Shown: in pieces, positions 10,670-19,603 of the stretch | Position numbering within the stretch: the first letter of the stretch is position 1 | How the letters are laid out: the number at the start of each line of letters is the position of its first letter | NCBI GenBank assembly: GCA_964384105.1 | Contig: CAYLJV010000001.1 | Coordinates: 653,482-717,481 of the forward strand | Reading direction: 5' to 3' | DNA length: 64,000 nt | Source: Candidatus Hadarchaeota archaeon | Lineage (GTDB): Archaea > Hadarchaeota > Hadarchaeia > Hadarchaeales > JAGGTB01 | Translations under genes and position numbers: made by a program | Notes under the pieces: generated by a model | Told to the model about the DNA's origin: nothing | The model's database searches: none | Seen by the model: only the letters and a program-made list of their open reading frames with translations

Positions 10670-10716
10670 TACCTAAAAGGTAAAGGTTTAAATGGTTTAT
10701 GTTAACAAAATGTTAA
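10670..10716. promoter_or_regulatory. Divergent pckG/lrp promoter with central TTTAAA flanked by two AAA-centred palindromes
   Basis: TACCT-AAA-AGGTA (10670-10682), TTTAAA (10687-10692), TTAACA-AAA-TGTTAA (10702-10716). Confidence 0.55.
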
Positions 10717-10720
10717 GTGT

Positions 10721-11185
10721 ATGAAAAGACTGGATGAAGATATATTATTACAACTTTTAGAAGATGCGGAACAACCTGTCGTCGACATAGCAGATAAGGT
10801 GGGAGCCTCTAGACAGACAGTTTCAAAAAAGATTGATCAATTTAAAGAAGAAGGAATAATAGAAAATTTCAAAGTTAAAGTAAATCCCGATAAGTTGGGA
10901 CTGAAGGTTAGAGCTTTCGTTTTTCTTCAAGAGGATCCAAAGGACGATATGAGAAAGGAAATTCAGGAAAAAATCAACAACTTTACTCAAGTTACTGAGT
11001 TTTTGAGGGTTTTTGGCAGGTATAGTGGTATATTAGAAGTTTGGACAAAAGATAAAGAGGAATTGACCTCTTTAGTAAAAAATATTCATAATTTGGAAGG
11101 AGTAAAAGAGACAGAAACTTTCATAGTTCACGACGTGATAAAAAGCAAAGCGGAAGATCCTTTGATAGAAGTCCTGAGAGAATAA
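10721..11185 (+). CDS. Lrp/AsnC family transcriptional regulator
   Basis: N-terminal HTH (LDEDILLQL.EDA...IADKVG.SRQTV), V.PDKLG linker, RAM domain ending GVKETET. Confidence 0.92.
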   Translation: MKRLDEDILLQLLEDAEQPVVDIADKVGASRQTVSKKIDQFKEEGIIENFKVKVNPDKLGLKVRAFVFLQEDPKDDMRKEIQEKINNFTQVTEFLRVFGRYSGILEVWTKDKEELTSLVKNIHNLEGVKETETFIVHDVIKSKAEDPLIEVLRE

Positions 11186-11192
11186 TCTGGTT

Positions 11193-12797
11193 TTATATGT
11201 TCTTGGCCATATATGGCCCCTCTAGTTTGTACCCGAATTTCCTGTAGTAAGGCCTTGTTCCTATTCCTGATAGTATATACATTTTATTTGAGTCATAATT
11301 TTCTGAGGCTATTTTTTCTGCTTCTACGAGCATCCTTTTTCCTAACCCTATATGTTGCCATGCATTATCATGAGAATCCTCGCCGACCGAAACTAGTTCA
11401 CCAAAAACGTATAGCATTCTGATGAGAGAGGTATCTTCAGAGATCTCTTTTTGATGTGCGTGTTCTGAAGGTATCCTCAATCGTAAATGTCCAAAAATAA
11501 GATCATTCTTAAGATCTTCAAGGGAGATAAAAATTTCTTTTCCTTCGGAAGCTTCATAATTTTCTACAATTAGCTCTATATTCGAAGGATCAGGTTCTAC
11601 CTTTTCTTTTAACATTTTGTGGCCAACTTCTCTACATCTGATACACTTACATTTTTCGCCTTCTTTGGCAAGCTTTTTTTTGGCAATATTTCGAATATTT
11701 CCTTTTTTTACTCCCGCTTCTATTAAGCCAGAGGGAATATCCCTTTGTATTCTTTGTATCCTTGTCCATCTTGGGATTTTTTTCTTAATTTCAGAGATTA
11801 GGTCTACCGCTTCCTGCCCGTCTAGTGGATCGAATTTGCCTGATTTCCATAATTCATGAAGTTTTGTGCCTTTTGTAACGAGACAAGGGTATATTTTCAA
11901 CATATCGGGACGAAACTCGGGTTTATCAAAAATAGTTTCAAAGGCTTCTAAGTCTCTTTGAGGAGATGATCCGGGTAGTCCAGGCATCATATGGTATACT
12001 ATCGCAAGACCCGCATCTTTAGCGATTCTAGTAGCTTCGATTACGTCATCGACAGTATGCTCACGATTTATTATTTTGTAGATGTCATTGTAGATCGTTT
12101 GAACTCCGAGTTCTACTCGAGTACCTCCAAATCTGAGCATTTGGTCCACGTGATTTTCTTTTGAGTAGTCCGGACGGGTTTCGAAAGTTATCCCGATAGT
12201 TCTTATATTCGCGTTTTCTGCTTTCCTTTTTGCAGTCTCTAGGTCTGGGGTTTCTATTTCGGAAATCTCATCGATACAGGCGTGCATAAATTCCTCTTGG
12301 TACTCAAGCGGTTGAGCAAGAAATGTTCCACCAAATATTATCAGTTCGACTTTGTCAACTTTATGTCCAATAGCTCTTAATTGGGATTTCCTCATTTGAA
12401 TCTGCTTTTTTGGATCGTAATCTGCGTTTAAGGCCCTTGCTGATGCGGGTTCCTTACCTGTATAACTTTGAGGTGTATTCTCAGCTGGACCGCCTGGACA
12501 GTAGATACAAGGTTTATCTTTTGGACATTCGTATGGCTTTGGCATCACGGTTATAACTGTGACACCAGAAATAGACCTAACAGGTTTTTTGCGAAGGATT
12601 TGAACTGCATTATCCTTTTCTTCTTCATTTGCAATATCTAAAATCTCGGCGTTGCTAGGAACTTTAGGTAGATTAAAGGCTTTGCTTTTACGTCTCTTGG
12701 CTTTTTCTAACTCTCCCTTATCCGAAATTTCGCCGGCTAGGATATCTTCTAACAATTTTCTTTTTACTTGTCTCATCGCTTTGGAATTAGTCATCAT
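11193..12797 (-). CDS. elp3: Elp3 tRNA uridine(34) acetyltransferase (radical SAM + GNAT)
   Basis: CPKDKPCIYCPGG, QSYTGKEPA, ETRPD, RIQRDIP, CIRCRE, QHIGLG, SGIG.RPYYRK.GY. Confidence 0.95.
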   Translation of the reverse strand: MMTNSKAMRQVKRKLLEDILAGEISDKGELEKAKRRKSKAFNLPKVPSNAEILDIANEEEKDNAVQILRKKPVRSISGVTVITVMPKPYECPKDKPCIYCPGGPAENTPQSYTGKEPASARALNADYDPKKQIQMRKSQLRAIGHKVDKVELIIFGGTFLAQPLEYQEEFMHACIDEISEIETPDLETAKRKAENANIRTIGITFETRPDYSKENHVDQMLRFGGTRVELGVQTIYNDIYKIINREHTVDDVIEATRIAKDAGLAIVYHMMPGLPGSSPQRDLEAFETIFDKPEFRPDMLKIYPCLVTKGTKLHELWKSGKFDPLDGQEAVDLISEIKKKIPRWTRIQRIQRDIPSGLIEAGVKKGNIRNIAKKKLAKEGEKCKCIRCREVGHKMLKEKVEPDPSNIELIVENYEASEGKEIFISLEDLKNDLIFGHLRLRIPSEHAHQKEISEDTSLIRMLYVFGELVSVGEDSHDNAWQHIGLGKRMLVEAEKIASENYDSNKMYILSGIGTRPYYRKFGYKLEGPYMAKNI

Positions 12798-12935
12798 GAT
12801 TTTGGAGATAATTGAATGATATTAAAGTCAGTTTCATTTTTTCTGGGGTCTATATACTTGTTCTTATCTTTTGTTGAAAATAAAAGGTAAATTGTTTTAT
12901 GGTATGTTCTAAAATGGGTATAAAGTGGGTAATAC

Positions 12936-14141
12936 ATGAAAAGGCTAGCTGACTACAGGAATCTAGTGGGCGAATCAAAGGTTTCCGAAATCTATCGAAA
13001 GGGGAGTAAGCTTTCTAAATACCATATTCTACACGTTAACTCCACTTATTATGGTGGTGGAGTAGCAGAAATATTGAGGAATATGACTCTGTTACTGAAT
13101 GAAATTGGAGTAGATTGTGGTTGGCGTGCGATGATTGGGAGTCCAGATTTCTTCAGGGTAACTAAAAAATTTCATAATGCCTTACAAGGTGCTGAAATAA
13201 ATCTGACCCGCATGAAAAAGAAGGTTTATGAAGCAGCGAGCGAGGAATTCTCTACATTTACTCATGTCGATCATGATCTGGTTATTATCCATGACCCACA
13301 GCCGCTCCCCCTGATAACTTGTTACCGGAAACATCAGCCATGGATGTGGAGATGCCATATTGATCTTTCGGCTCCAAATGAGGAATTGTGGGATTATTTG
13401 AAGTCTTTCATAATTTCATACGATCAGAATATATTTCAAATGGATGAATTTGCGGCAAAAGGTGTATCAGGTGACTATAAGATTATCAGACCCTCGATAG
13501 ATCCTTTGACGGTTAAAAACCGCGATATCGGAAAAAAAACAGTAAATAAATATCTAAAAAAATTTGGAATAGATCCATCTAGGCCAATTATCTCTCAGAT
13601 ATCTCGATTTGATAGGTTTAAGGATCCTTTAGGCGTTCTTGAAGTATTCAAGAGGGTAAAAGAAGAGATGGATTGTCAGTTGGTTATGATCGGTTCAATG
13701 GCTACAGATGATCCAGAGGGTCAGGAAGTCTATGACCAAACTAGAAGAGAAGCAAACGGGACGGATGATGTAATATTGATCGCTGATGCTCACGATATAG
13801 TAGTAAATGCTGTACAAAGAGCATCTGATGTGGTCTTGCAAAAGTCCCTGAAAGAAGGATTTGGTCTCACTGTTTCAGAAGCGTTGTGGAAGGAGACACC
13901 TGTTGTGGGAGCCAATATTGGTGGTATACCAACTCAGATAGTAGACGGTGAAACTGGATATCTTATTGATCCCGAAAACTTAGATGAAGTCGCTGAAAGG
14001 GTTATGGATATTCTGTCTGATGAGCATTTGAAAGATGAAATGGGTAAGAAAGGTAAAGAAAGGGTGAGGAAGAAGTTCCTCATAACTCGCCAGATTGAAG
14101 ATTGGTTGGATGTTTGGTTGGATTTTTTACCCCAGCTGTGA
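12936..14141 (+). CDS. treT: Trehalose synthase TreT-like glycosyltransferase (GT4)
   Basis: HVNSTYYGGGVAEIL, TKKFHNALQG, HDPQP, WRCHID, SRFDRFKDP, EGFGLTVSEALWK. Confidence 0.9.
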   Translation: MKRLADYRNLVGESKVSEIYRKGSKLSKYHILHVNSTYYGGGVAEILRNMTLLLNEIGVDCGWRAMIGSPDFFRVTKKFHNALQGAEINLTRMKKKVYEAASEEFSTFTHVDHDLVIIHDPQPLPLITCYRKHQPWMWRCHIDLSAPNEELWDYLKSFIISYDQNIFQMDEFAAKGVSGDYKIIRPSIDPLTVKNRDIGKKTVNKYLKKFGIDPSRPIISQISRFDRFKDPLGVLEVFKRVKEEMDCQLVMIGSMATDDPEGQEVYDQTRREANGTDDVILIADAHDIVVNAVQRASDVVLQKSLKEGFGLTVSEALWKETPVVGANIGGIPTQIVDGETGYLIDPENLDEVAERVMDILSDEHLKDEMGKKGKERVRKKFLITRQIEDWLDVWLDFLPQL

Positions 14142-14171
14142 TTAAGGATTGATCTACTGGTTTGTTTTTCA

Positions 14172-14984
14172 ATGAAAGAGAGAATAACAGATTTCGTTGA
14201 GAAAGAAAAGGTAGTAGAGTTAGATAAGAGAGACAAGGCGGTATTTGTAGGAGATACTCATGGTGACCTCGAAGCATCGGAAAAAATATGGGATTTTTTT
14301 AGAGATGAAGTGATCGGAGGACAAACATATCTGGTTTTTCTGGGGGATTACGTTGATAGGGGAGCTAAATCAAAAGAAAATATTGATTTTTTGCTTTCAA
14401 AAAAGAGAGAATGCTCAAACGGGATTATTCTCTTACTTGGAAATCATGAGGCATATCATCTCAAAAATTTGACACCTGCGGATTTTTGGAAAAGTTTGGG
14501 TGAAGATGAGTACGATTACTATAAAGACCTATTGTCTTTACCTTGGATTGCTGAGACCCGTAACTTGGCGGCTATGCATGGGGCTTTGCCTTTTGTCTCA
14601 AATTTAAGTTATTTGAAAAATTCAGATGAATCTGTGTTCGAAAAAGAAAATGAAGTTGGATTTCCCATTTGGGTATCTGTGACTTGGGGTGACCTGAATT
14701 ATGATATCTCAGGAGCACAGATTGATCCTCTTACCTGTAGACCTCAGTTTGGAAAAGAGATATTCTTGAAATATATGCAAAAGCTTGGGTGGAACATTCT
14801 GATAAGGTCACATCAACCGGGAATGCAGGGCTGGTCTTTTTCCAATAACGTGCTAACAATTTTTACATCCCAAGCTTATGTGGATATGAATCGAGCACAA
14901 GAAAGAAGTATAGCGGTGGTCGATTTGAGGGAATGTGTTGAAAGAAAAAGGAATATAGAAATTTTGAGCTTGAAAGAGTTTTGA
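14172..14984 (+). CDS. PPP-family Ser/Thr phosphatase-like metallophosphoesterase
   Basis: GDTHG, GDYVDRG, GNHE, HG, RSHQ motifs. Confidence 0.88.
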   Translation: MKERITDFVEKEKVVELDKRDKAVFVGDTHGDLEASEKIWDFFRDEVIGGQTYLVFLGDYVDRGAKSKENIDFLLSKKRECSNGIILLLGNHEAYHLKNLTPADFWKSLGEDEYDYYKDLLSLPWIAETRNLAAMHGALPFVSNLSYLKNSDESVFEKENEVGFPIWVSVTWGDLNYDISGAQIDPLTCRPQFGKEIFLKYMQKLGWNILIRSHQPGMQGWSFSNNVLTIFTSQAYVDMNRAQERSIAVVDLRECVERKRNIEILSLKEF

Positions 14985-15030
14985 GTTTTTTATGAGTCGA
15001 GTTTTATGATAATCGCTACAAAACCTTTTT

Positions 15031-15048
15031 TATTCAATATTTTGAATA
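15031..15048. promoter_or_regulatory. Palindromic operator TATTC-N8-GAATA, copy 1, overlapping a TATA-like element
   Basis: TATTCAA-TATT-TTGAATA directly after AAAACCTTTTTTAT. Confidence 0.5.
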
Positions 15049-15052
15049 GTAT

Positions 15053-15162
15053 GCGGAGGAGTTATGAAACTCCTAAAGAGAGGCCGGTTCTTCACCTCCC
15101 CTGAAGATCTTTTTAAAATACCGGCCTCCCTCCCCTTTCTACGAAGTAATTCATTCGGCCGC
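15053..15162 (+). ncRNA. Candidate structured small RNA with two CCUCCCC motifs
   Basis: GC-enriched intergenic island. Helices: AGGAGTT/AACTCCT, GAGGCCGGT/ACCGGCCTC, TCTTCA/TGAAGA, CGAA/TTCG, closing GCGG/CCGC. TATA-like element about 25 nt upstream. Confidence 0.5.
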
Positions 15163-15254
15163 TGGGATTAATTGTTTAAATTCAAAAACTATTGATAATT
15201 CAACTAGAATTCTAATATGATTTGAACTATAACTATTGATTTAGAGGTGTTAAT

Positions 15255-15464
15255 TTGCGCTATTTTACGATTATTGGGATAATTTTTTTAGTTCTAGGGG
15301 TTGTCTTTCTTTTATTTTCGTTTTTACAAAATTATATTTCGTTTGAAAGTATCCCCTCGTGGCTTATTTACGTTTACAAAGGAGACAATTTTTACTTTGC
15401 TACTTCACCTATCCTGATACTTATCTCTATTTTGATTATAATTTTGAACTTATTTTTCGATTGA
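15255..15464 (+). CDS. Small two-TM membrane protein (DUF2905-like)
   Basis: SD GAGGTG before a TTG start; two hydrophobic helices around a short YKGDNFYF hairpin. Confidence 0.7.
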   Translation: MRYFTIIGIIFLVLGVVFLLFSFLQNYISFESIPSWLIYVYKGDNFYFATSPILILISILIIILNLFFD

Positions 15465-15508
15465 GCAATAATTAAAAAAAGAAAAGGCTTCGAGAAATGA
15501 GTTAAAGC

Positions 15509-15670
15509 TTAAATTGTGCTAAGTTCGCCGCTTTGAATCTTTTCCACTAGAACGTTCCAATGGTCTTTGGAAAGTTCTAACTTCTCGTTTCCTTCTCCGA
15601 TCGATGCACCATTCTCTGTCACCTTTACGGTTGGGCAACAGCCTTTTCCCGAGCATAGAGAAACTTCCAT
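15509..15670 (-). CDS. 53-aa Cys-rich small protein (not in the ORF track), DUF397-like pattern
   Basis: Translated by hand: MEVSLCSGKGCCPTVKVTENGASIGEGNEKLELSKDHWNVLVEKIQSGELSTI; strong SD GGAGGTGA 5 nt before ATG. Confidence 0.85.
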   Translation of the reverse strand: MEVSLCSGKGCCPTVKVTENGASIGEGNEKLELSKDHWNVLVEKIQSGELSTI

Positions 15671-15692
15671 ATTATTCACCTCCCAATTCTGA

Positions 15693-15710
15693 TATTCTTC
15701 TATTCGAATA
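15693..15710. promoter_or_regulatory. Palindromic operator TATTC-N8-GAATA, copy 2, next to the minus-strand TATA of the Cys-rich gene
   Basis: (A)TATTC-TTCTATTC-GAATA(T); minus-strand AAAAACTTAATAA abuts it. Confidence 0.5.
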
Positions 15711-15837
15711 TTATTAAGTTTTTACTTTTTATCAGTATTCTTCTCTTATGTAATCTTGGAAGTCACTATTAATAGTTTCAATCTTTATTTGAAAAGGGTT
15801 ATCAAAAATTTTGGAAAAGGAATAAGGAGATTGAATT

Positions 15838-18009
15838 ATGGAAATAACTGAGGTTAAGAATAGATACGGGCTTCCAGAGGAAATTGCTGAGGTACTAAAA
15901 GAGGAAGGAATAACAAAGCTGTATCCACCCCAGTCAGAGGCTGTTAAGAAAGGTGTTTTAGAGGGTGAGAATCTTGTCCTTGCAATTCCTACAGCTGCTG
16001 GAAAAACATTAGTTTCAGAACTTTGTATGCTGAAATCTATTCTGGAGGAGGGCGGGAGCTGTCTCTATACAGTCCCTTTACGGGCTCTCGCGAGCGAAAA
16101 GTACGAAGAATTTAAGAAAAAATATGGGCCACTCGGTATAAAAGTGGGCATTGCAACTGGTGATTATGATGTTCCTAGTTCCGATTTGGCAAAGTACGAT
16201 ATACTGGTAGCTACTTCCGAAAAAGTAGACTCCCTTCTGAGACATAGGGCTAGTTGGTTAGCTGATTTGACTACTGTTGCAGTTTTTGATGAGATTCATC
16301 TTTTGGATGATTCAGGTAGAGGACCAACTCTGGAAATTTTAATTGCAAGACTTCGTCAGATCAACCCATCCCTTCAGATTTTGGGTCTGAGTGCCACTAT
16401 TAGCAACTCTCAGGAGATAGCGGATTGGCTAGATGCTCGTCATCTGAAAAGTGAGTGGAGACCGGTTCCGTTGAAAGAGGGAGTTTATTGTAAGGGGAAG
16501 ATTGTCTTTGAGGATTTATCTGAGAGAAAAATAGAGGATTCTGCAAAAGATAATGTTTCTAAGCTTGCTCTCGATACTTTGAGAAACGGGGAGGGACAAG
16601 TTCTGGTTTTTGTTAGTACGAGAAAATCCACGGAAGTTGCTGCAAGAAGGGTTTCCAAAAAAATAAAGGAGGTTCTTTCTTCAAAAGAAAAGGAGGAACT
16701 TACTGAGATCGCAAGAGAAATTGAAGTTGCTCTTGGAGAACCTACTGAAACGTGTAAAAAATTAGCTAGATATGTTGAGAAGGGTGCTGCCTTTCATCAT
16801 GCGGGCCTTCATCATAAACAGAGATCTATTGTTGAGGACGCATTCAGAAAAAATTTAGTTAAGGTTGTGTGCGCTACACCGACACTCGCAGCAGGAGTAA
16901 ATCTACCGTCTCAAAGGGTTATTATTAGAGATTATAAGAGATACTCCCCACCTTACGGTATGCAGCCGATACCTGTTTTGGAGTATAAACAGCAGGCAGG
17001 CAGAGCTGGTAGACCCGGATACGATGAGTATGGAGAATCTGTTTTGATATCGAGTTCGAAAAGTGAACTAGAGAAATTATTCGAGGGCTACATTGATGCA
17101 GATCCTGAGAGAATAAGATCAAAACTTGCTTCCGAACCTGCGATCAGAAGTCATGTTTTGGGGTCTATAGCTGCGGGTTATGTAAATAGTCTAGACTCTA
17201 TGCTTGATTTCATTGGCCAAACCTTTTTTGCTTACCAATTCTCTGCTGATCGAGTCTCGAGCACTGTTGAGAAAGTATTAGACTTTTTGAAAGAGGAGGA
17301 CATGATTTCGGATAGAGGGAGATGGCTAAGTGCGACGAAATTTGGAAGAAAAGTCTCCCAACTCTACATTGATCCTTTATCTGGAGTGGAGATCAGAGAT
17401 GCACTCCTTAATGCAAAATCGAGAGGTCCATCTGAAATAGGATTTCTTCACGCAATTTGTGCTACTCCCGATATGAATACCCTCTATCTTCGAAAGGGTG
17501 ATGAGGGAGATCTTGATCTATTCGTGTCTGATTACGATGCTGCTGGGAAGTTTTTAATTGATCCACCAGAAAGGTGGAAACAGCCGCAAAAATATGAATT
17601 CTATCTCGCAGAAGTCAAGACTGCGAAGATGTTAAGAGACTGGGCCAATGAGAAACCTGAAGATCAAATTCATGAGAAATATGGTATTGGAGCCGGAGAT
17701 ATTAGAAGAAAGGTGAGTACAGCTGAGTGGCTATTACACGCAGGATATGAAATTGCAAAGCTTTTTAAAATCGGCAATTCGATTAGACCGCTTCAAGATT
17801 TAAGGAAGAGGGTAAGGTACGGAATCAAGGAAGAACTTTTAGAATTAGTTAGTTTGAGAGGTCTGGGAAGAGTTAGAGCTAGAAGTCTTTATAACTCAGG
17901 CTACAAGAATAAGCAAGACCTCAAAAAAGCGAGATTAGAAGAACTTACTAGAGTCAGTCATATTGGAAAGGAGACTGCAAACCGAATTTTGAAACAGGTA
18001 CAAAGTTAA
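15838..18009 (+). CDS. hel308: Ski2-like DNA helicase Hel308/Hjm
   Basis: PTAAGKT, DEIH, SAT, FHHAGL, TPTLAAGVNLP, QQAGRAGRPGYD, C-terminal HhH. Confidence 0.95.
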   Translation: MEITEVKNRYGLPEEIAEVLKEEGITKLYPPQSEAVKKGVLEGENLVLAIPTAAGKTLVSELCMLKSILEEGGSCLYTVPLRALASEKYEEFKKKYGPLGIKVGIATGDYDVPSSDLAKYDILVATSEKVDSLLRHRASWLADLTTVAVFDEIHLLDDSGRGPTLEILIARLRQINPSLQILGLSATISNSQEIADWLDARHLKSEWRPVPLKEGVYCKGKIVFEDLSERKIEDSAKDNVSKLALDTLRNGEGQVLVFVSTRKSTEVAARRVSKKIKEVLSSKEKEELTEIAREIEVALGEPTETCKKLARYVEKGAAFHHAGLHHKQRSIVEDAFRKNLVKVVCATPTLAAGVNLPSQRVIIRDYKRYSPPYGMQPIPVLEYKQQAGRAGRPGYDEYGESVLISSSKSELEKLFEGYIDADPERIRSKLASEPAIRSHVLGSIAAGYVNSLDSMLDFIGQTFFAYQFSADRVSSTVEKVLDFLKEEDMISDRGRWLSATKFGRKVSQLYIDPLSGVEIRDALLNAKSRGPSEIGFLHAICATPDMNTLYLRKGDEGDLDLFVSDYDAAGKFLIDPPERWKQPQKYEFYLAEVKTAKMLRDWANEKPEDQIHEKYGIGAGDIRRKVSTAEWLLHAGYEIAKLFKIGNSIRPLQDLRKRVRYGIKEELLELVSLRGLGRVRARSLYNSGYKNKQDLKKARLEELTRVSHIGKETANRILKQVQS

Positions 18010-18104
18010 AAAATTTAGTTAATTGATTTGGTATTTAGATTCTAGCAAGATGTTTAGGAACTTATTTTTGTTTGGATTATACAAATGTCTACAGGAAGGA
18101 TAAA

Positions 18105-19490
18105 ATGAGACTTCTCAAAGATATTTTAGACGAGATTAAACCTACTCGTAAAGAACAAGAAAAGCTTGACGAGGTAGCAGGATGCCTCCTACGAGAAGCA
18201 GATAGAGTAGCCTCGGAATTAGAAACGGAAATAAAACCTAAGTTAGTTGGCTCTGCAGCTAGGGGAACTTGGTTATCGAGTGAGCGAGATATTGACATTT
18301 TTTTGTTGTTTCCTGAAAGCACAGATAGGGAAAGTCTTGAAAAATTGGGGCTAAAGATTGGGAAAGAGATAGCGGGTGAGAAGGGAAGGGAGCAATATGC
18401 TGAACATCCGTATATAAATACTCGAATTAACGGTTTTGATGTTGATATAGTTCCTTGCTACGATGTTGCGGATCCATCTAAAATCAAGAGTTCTGTAGAT
18501 CGGTCACCCTATCATCAAGATTACGTAAAAAGTTGGCTAACTCCCGAAAAGGCCGAAGAGGTTCTTCTTCTCAAAAAATTTTTGAAAGGCATCGGAGTAT
18601 ACGGTTCTGATTTGAAAATAAAAGGTTTTTCAGGGTATTTGTGTGAGCTTTTAATTCAATATTCTGGATCATTTTTGAACTTAATGAATGATGTAAGAAA
18701 CTGGAAAGAACGTAGGGTAATAACTCTAGAAGATGGTAGATCGGAGGAGAAGCTGGAAAAAGCTTTTCCAAATCATGCTCTTATTTTTATTGACCCTGTG
18801 GATCCAACTAGAAATGTTGCTGCAGCGGTTTCAAAAAAGAATTATTCTATATTTGTCCGTGCATGTCAGGACTTTATAAAGAGCCCTAGTCGTAAGTATT
18901 TTTTTCCAGAAGATCCCTCTTCGTCCGGAGGGTTGCTGAAAGATAAAATACAGGAGAGAAGAACTAAGATCTTTCTAATTGTCTTTCAACTTTCTGATGG
19001 TCTTGTTCCAGATATTGTTTATCCACAATTAAGAAAAACTGAACGGAGAATCTTGGGGGAATTAGAAAATCTTGAGATAGATGTAATTAGAAGTTCAGTT
19101 TGGAATAAAGAGGATAAAGCTGCTATACTAATTGAAACTAAGTTTTCTACACTCCCACTCGTGAAAGAACACTTGGGCCCACCTATAGGAATTGATGCAG
19201 AGCCTTTTATCGAAAAGCATTTGGGTTCAGAACGGAGACTTTCTGGTCCTTTTATGAAAAAGGATGGCCGTATGGTTTTTGAGTTAAAACGCGATGAAAT
19301 ACAGATTGATAAGATATTAAGAAATATTGTTGAATCAAAAGAAGGTTTCGGTTCTCATATACGAAAGTCGATTATTAAAGATAACTACGGAGTTTTTGAG
19401 GGTACTGGCATAGTAGATAAAGCGGAAGAGTTAAGTGCTCTCGAATTTCTGGGAAAATACCTTGATAAATGCCTTCCTTGGTACCGTTAA
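18105..19490 (+). CDS. cca: CCA-adding tRNA nucleotidyltransferase (class I)
   Basis: VGSAARGTWL...DIDIF, YAEHPY, DIVPCY, VDRSPYH, GFSGYLCELL, DPVDPTRNVAAA; ATG after GGAAGG. Confidence 0.95.
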   Translation: MRLLKDILDEIKPTRKEQEKLDEVAGCLLREADRVASELETEIKPKLVGSAARGTWLSSERDIDIFLLFPESTDRESLEKLGLKIGKEIAGEKGREQYAEHPYINTRINGFDVDIVPCYDVADPSKIKSSVDRSPYHQDYVKSWLTPEKAEEVLLLKKFLKGIGVYGSDLKIKGFSGYLCELLIQYSGSFLNLMNDVRNWKERRVITLEDGRSEEKLEKAFPNHALIFIDPVDPTRNVAAAVSKKNYSIFVRACQDFIKSPSRKYFFPEDPSSSGGLLKDKIQERRTKIFLIVFQLSDGLVPDIVYPQLRKTERRILGELENLEIDVIRSSVWNKEDKAAILIETKFSTLPLVKEHLGPPIGIDAEPFIEKHLGSERRLSGPFMKKDGRMVFELKRDEIQIDKILRNIVESKEGFGSHIRKSIIKDNYGVFEGTGIVDKAEELSALEFLGKYLDKCLPWYR

Positions 19491-19603
19491 ATCTATCTAT
19501 CGTTTTAGACAAAAATTAGTGCCCTAGATTTCTCTTTTTCAGTAAAAGCATGTAGAACTATATATTATGCGGCATAAATTAAAATCAACGATTTTAGTAG
19601 GAG

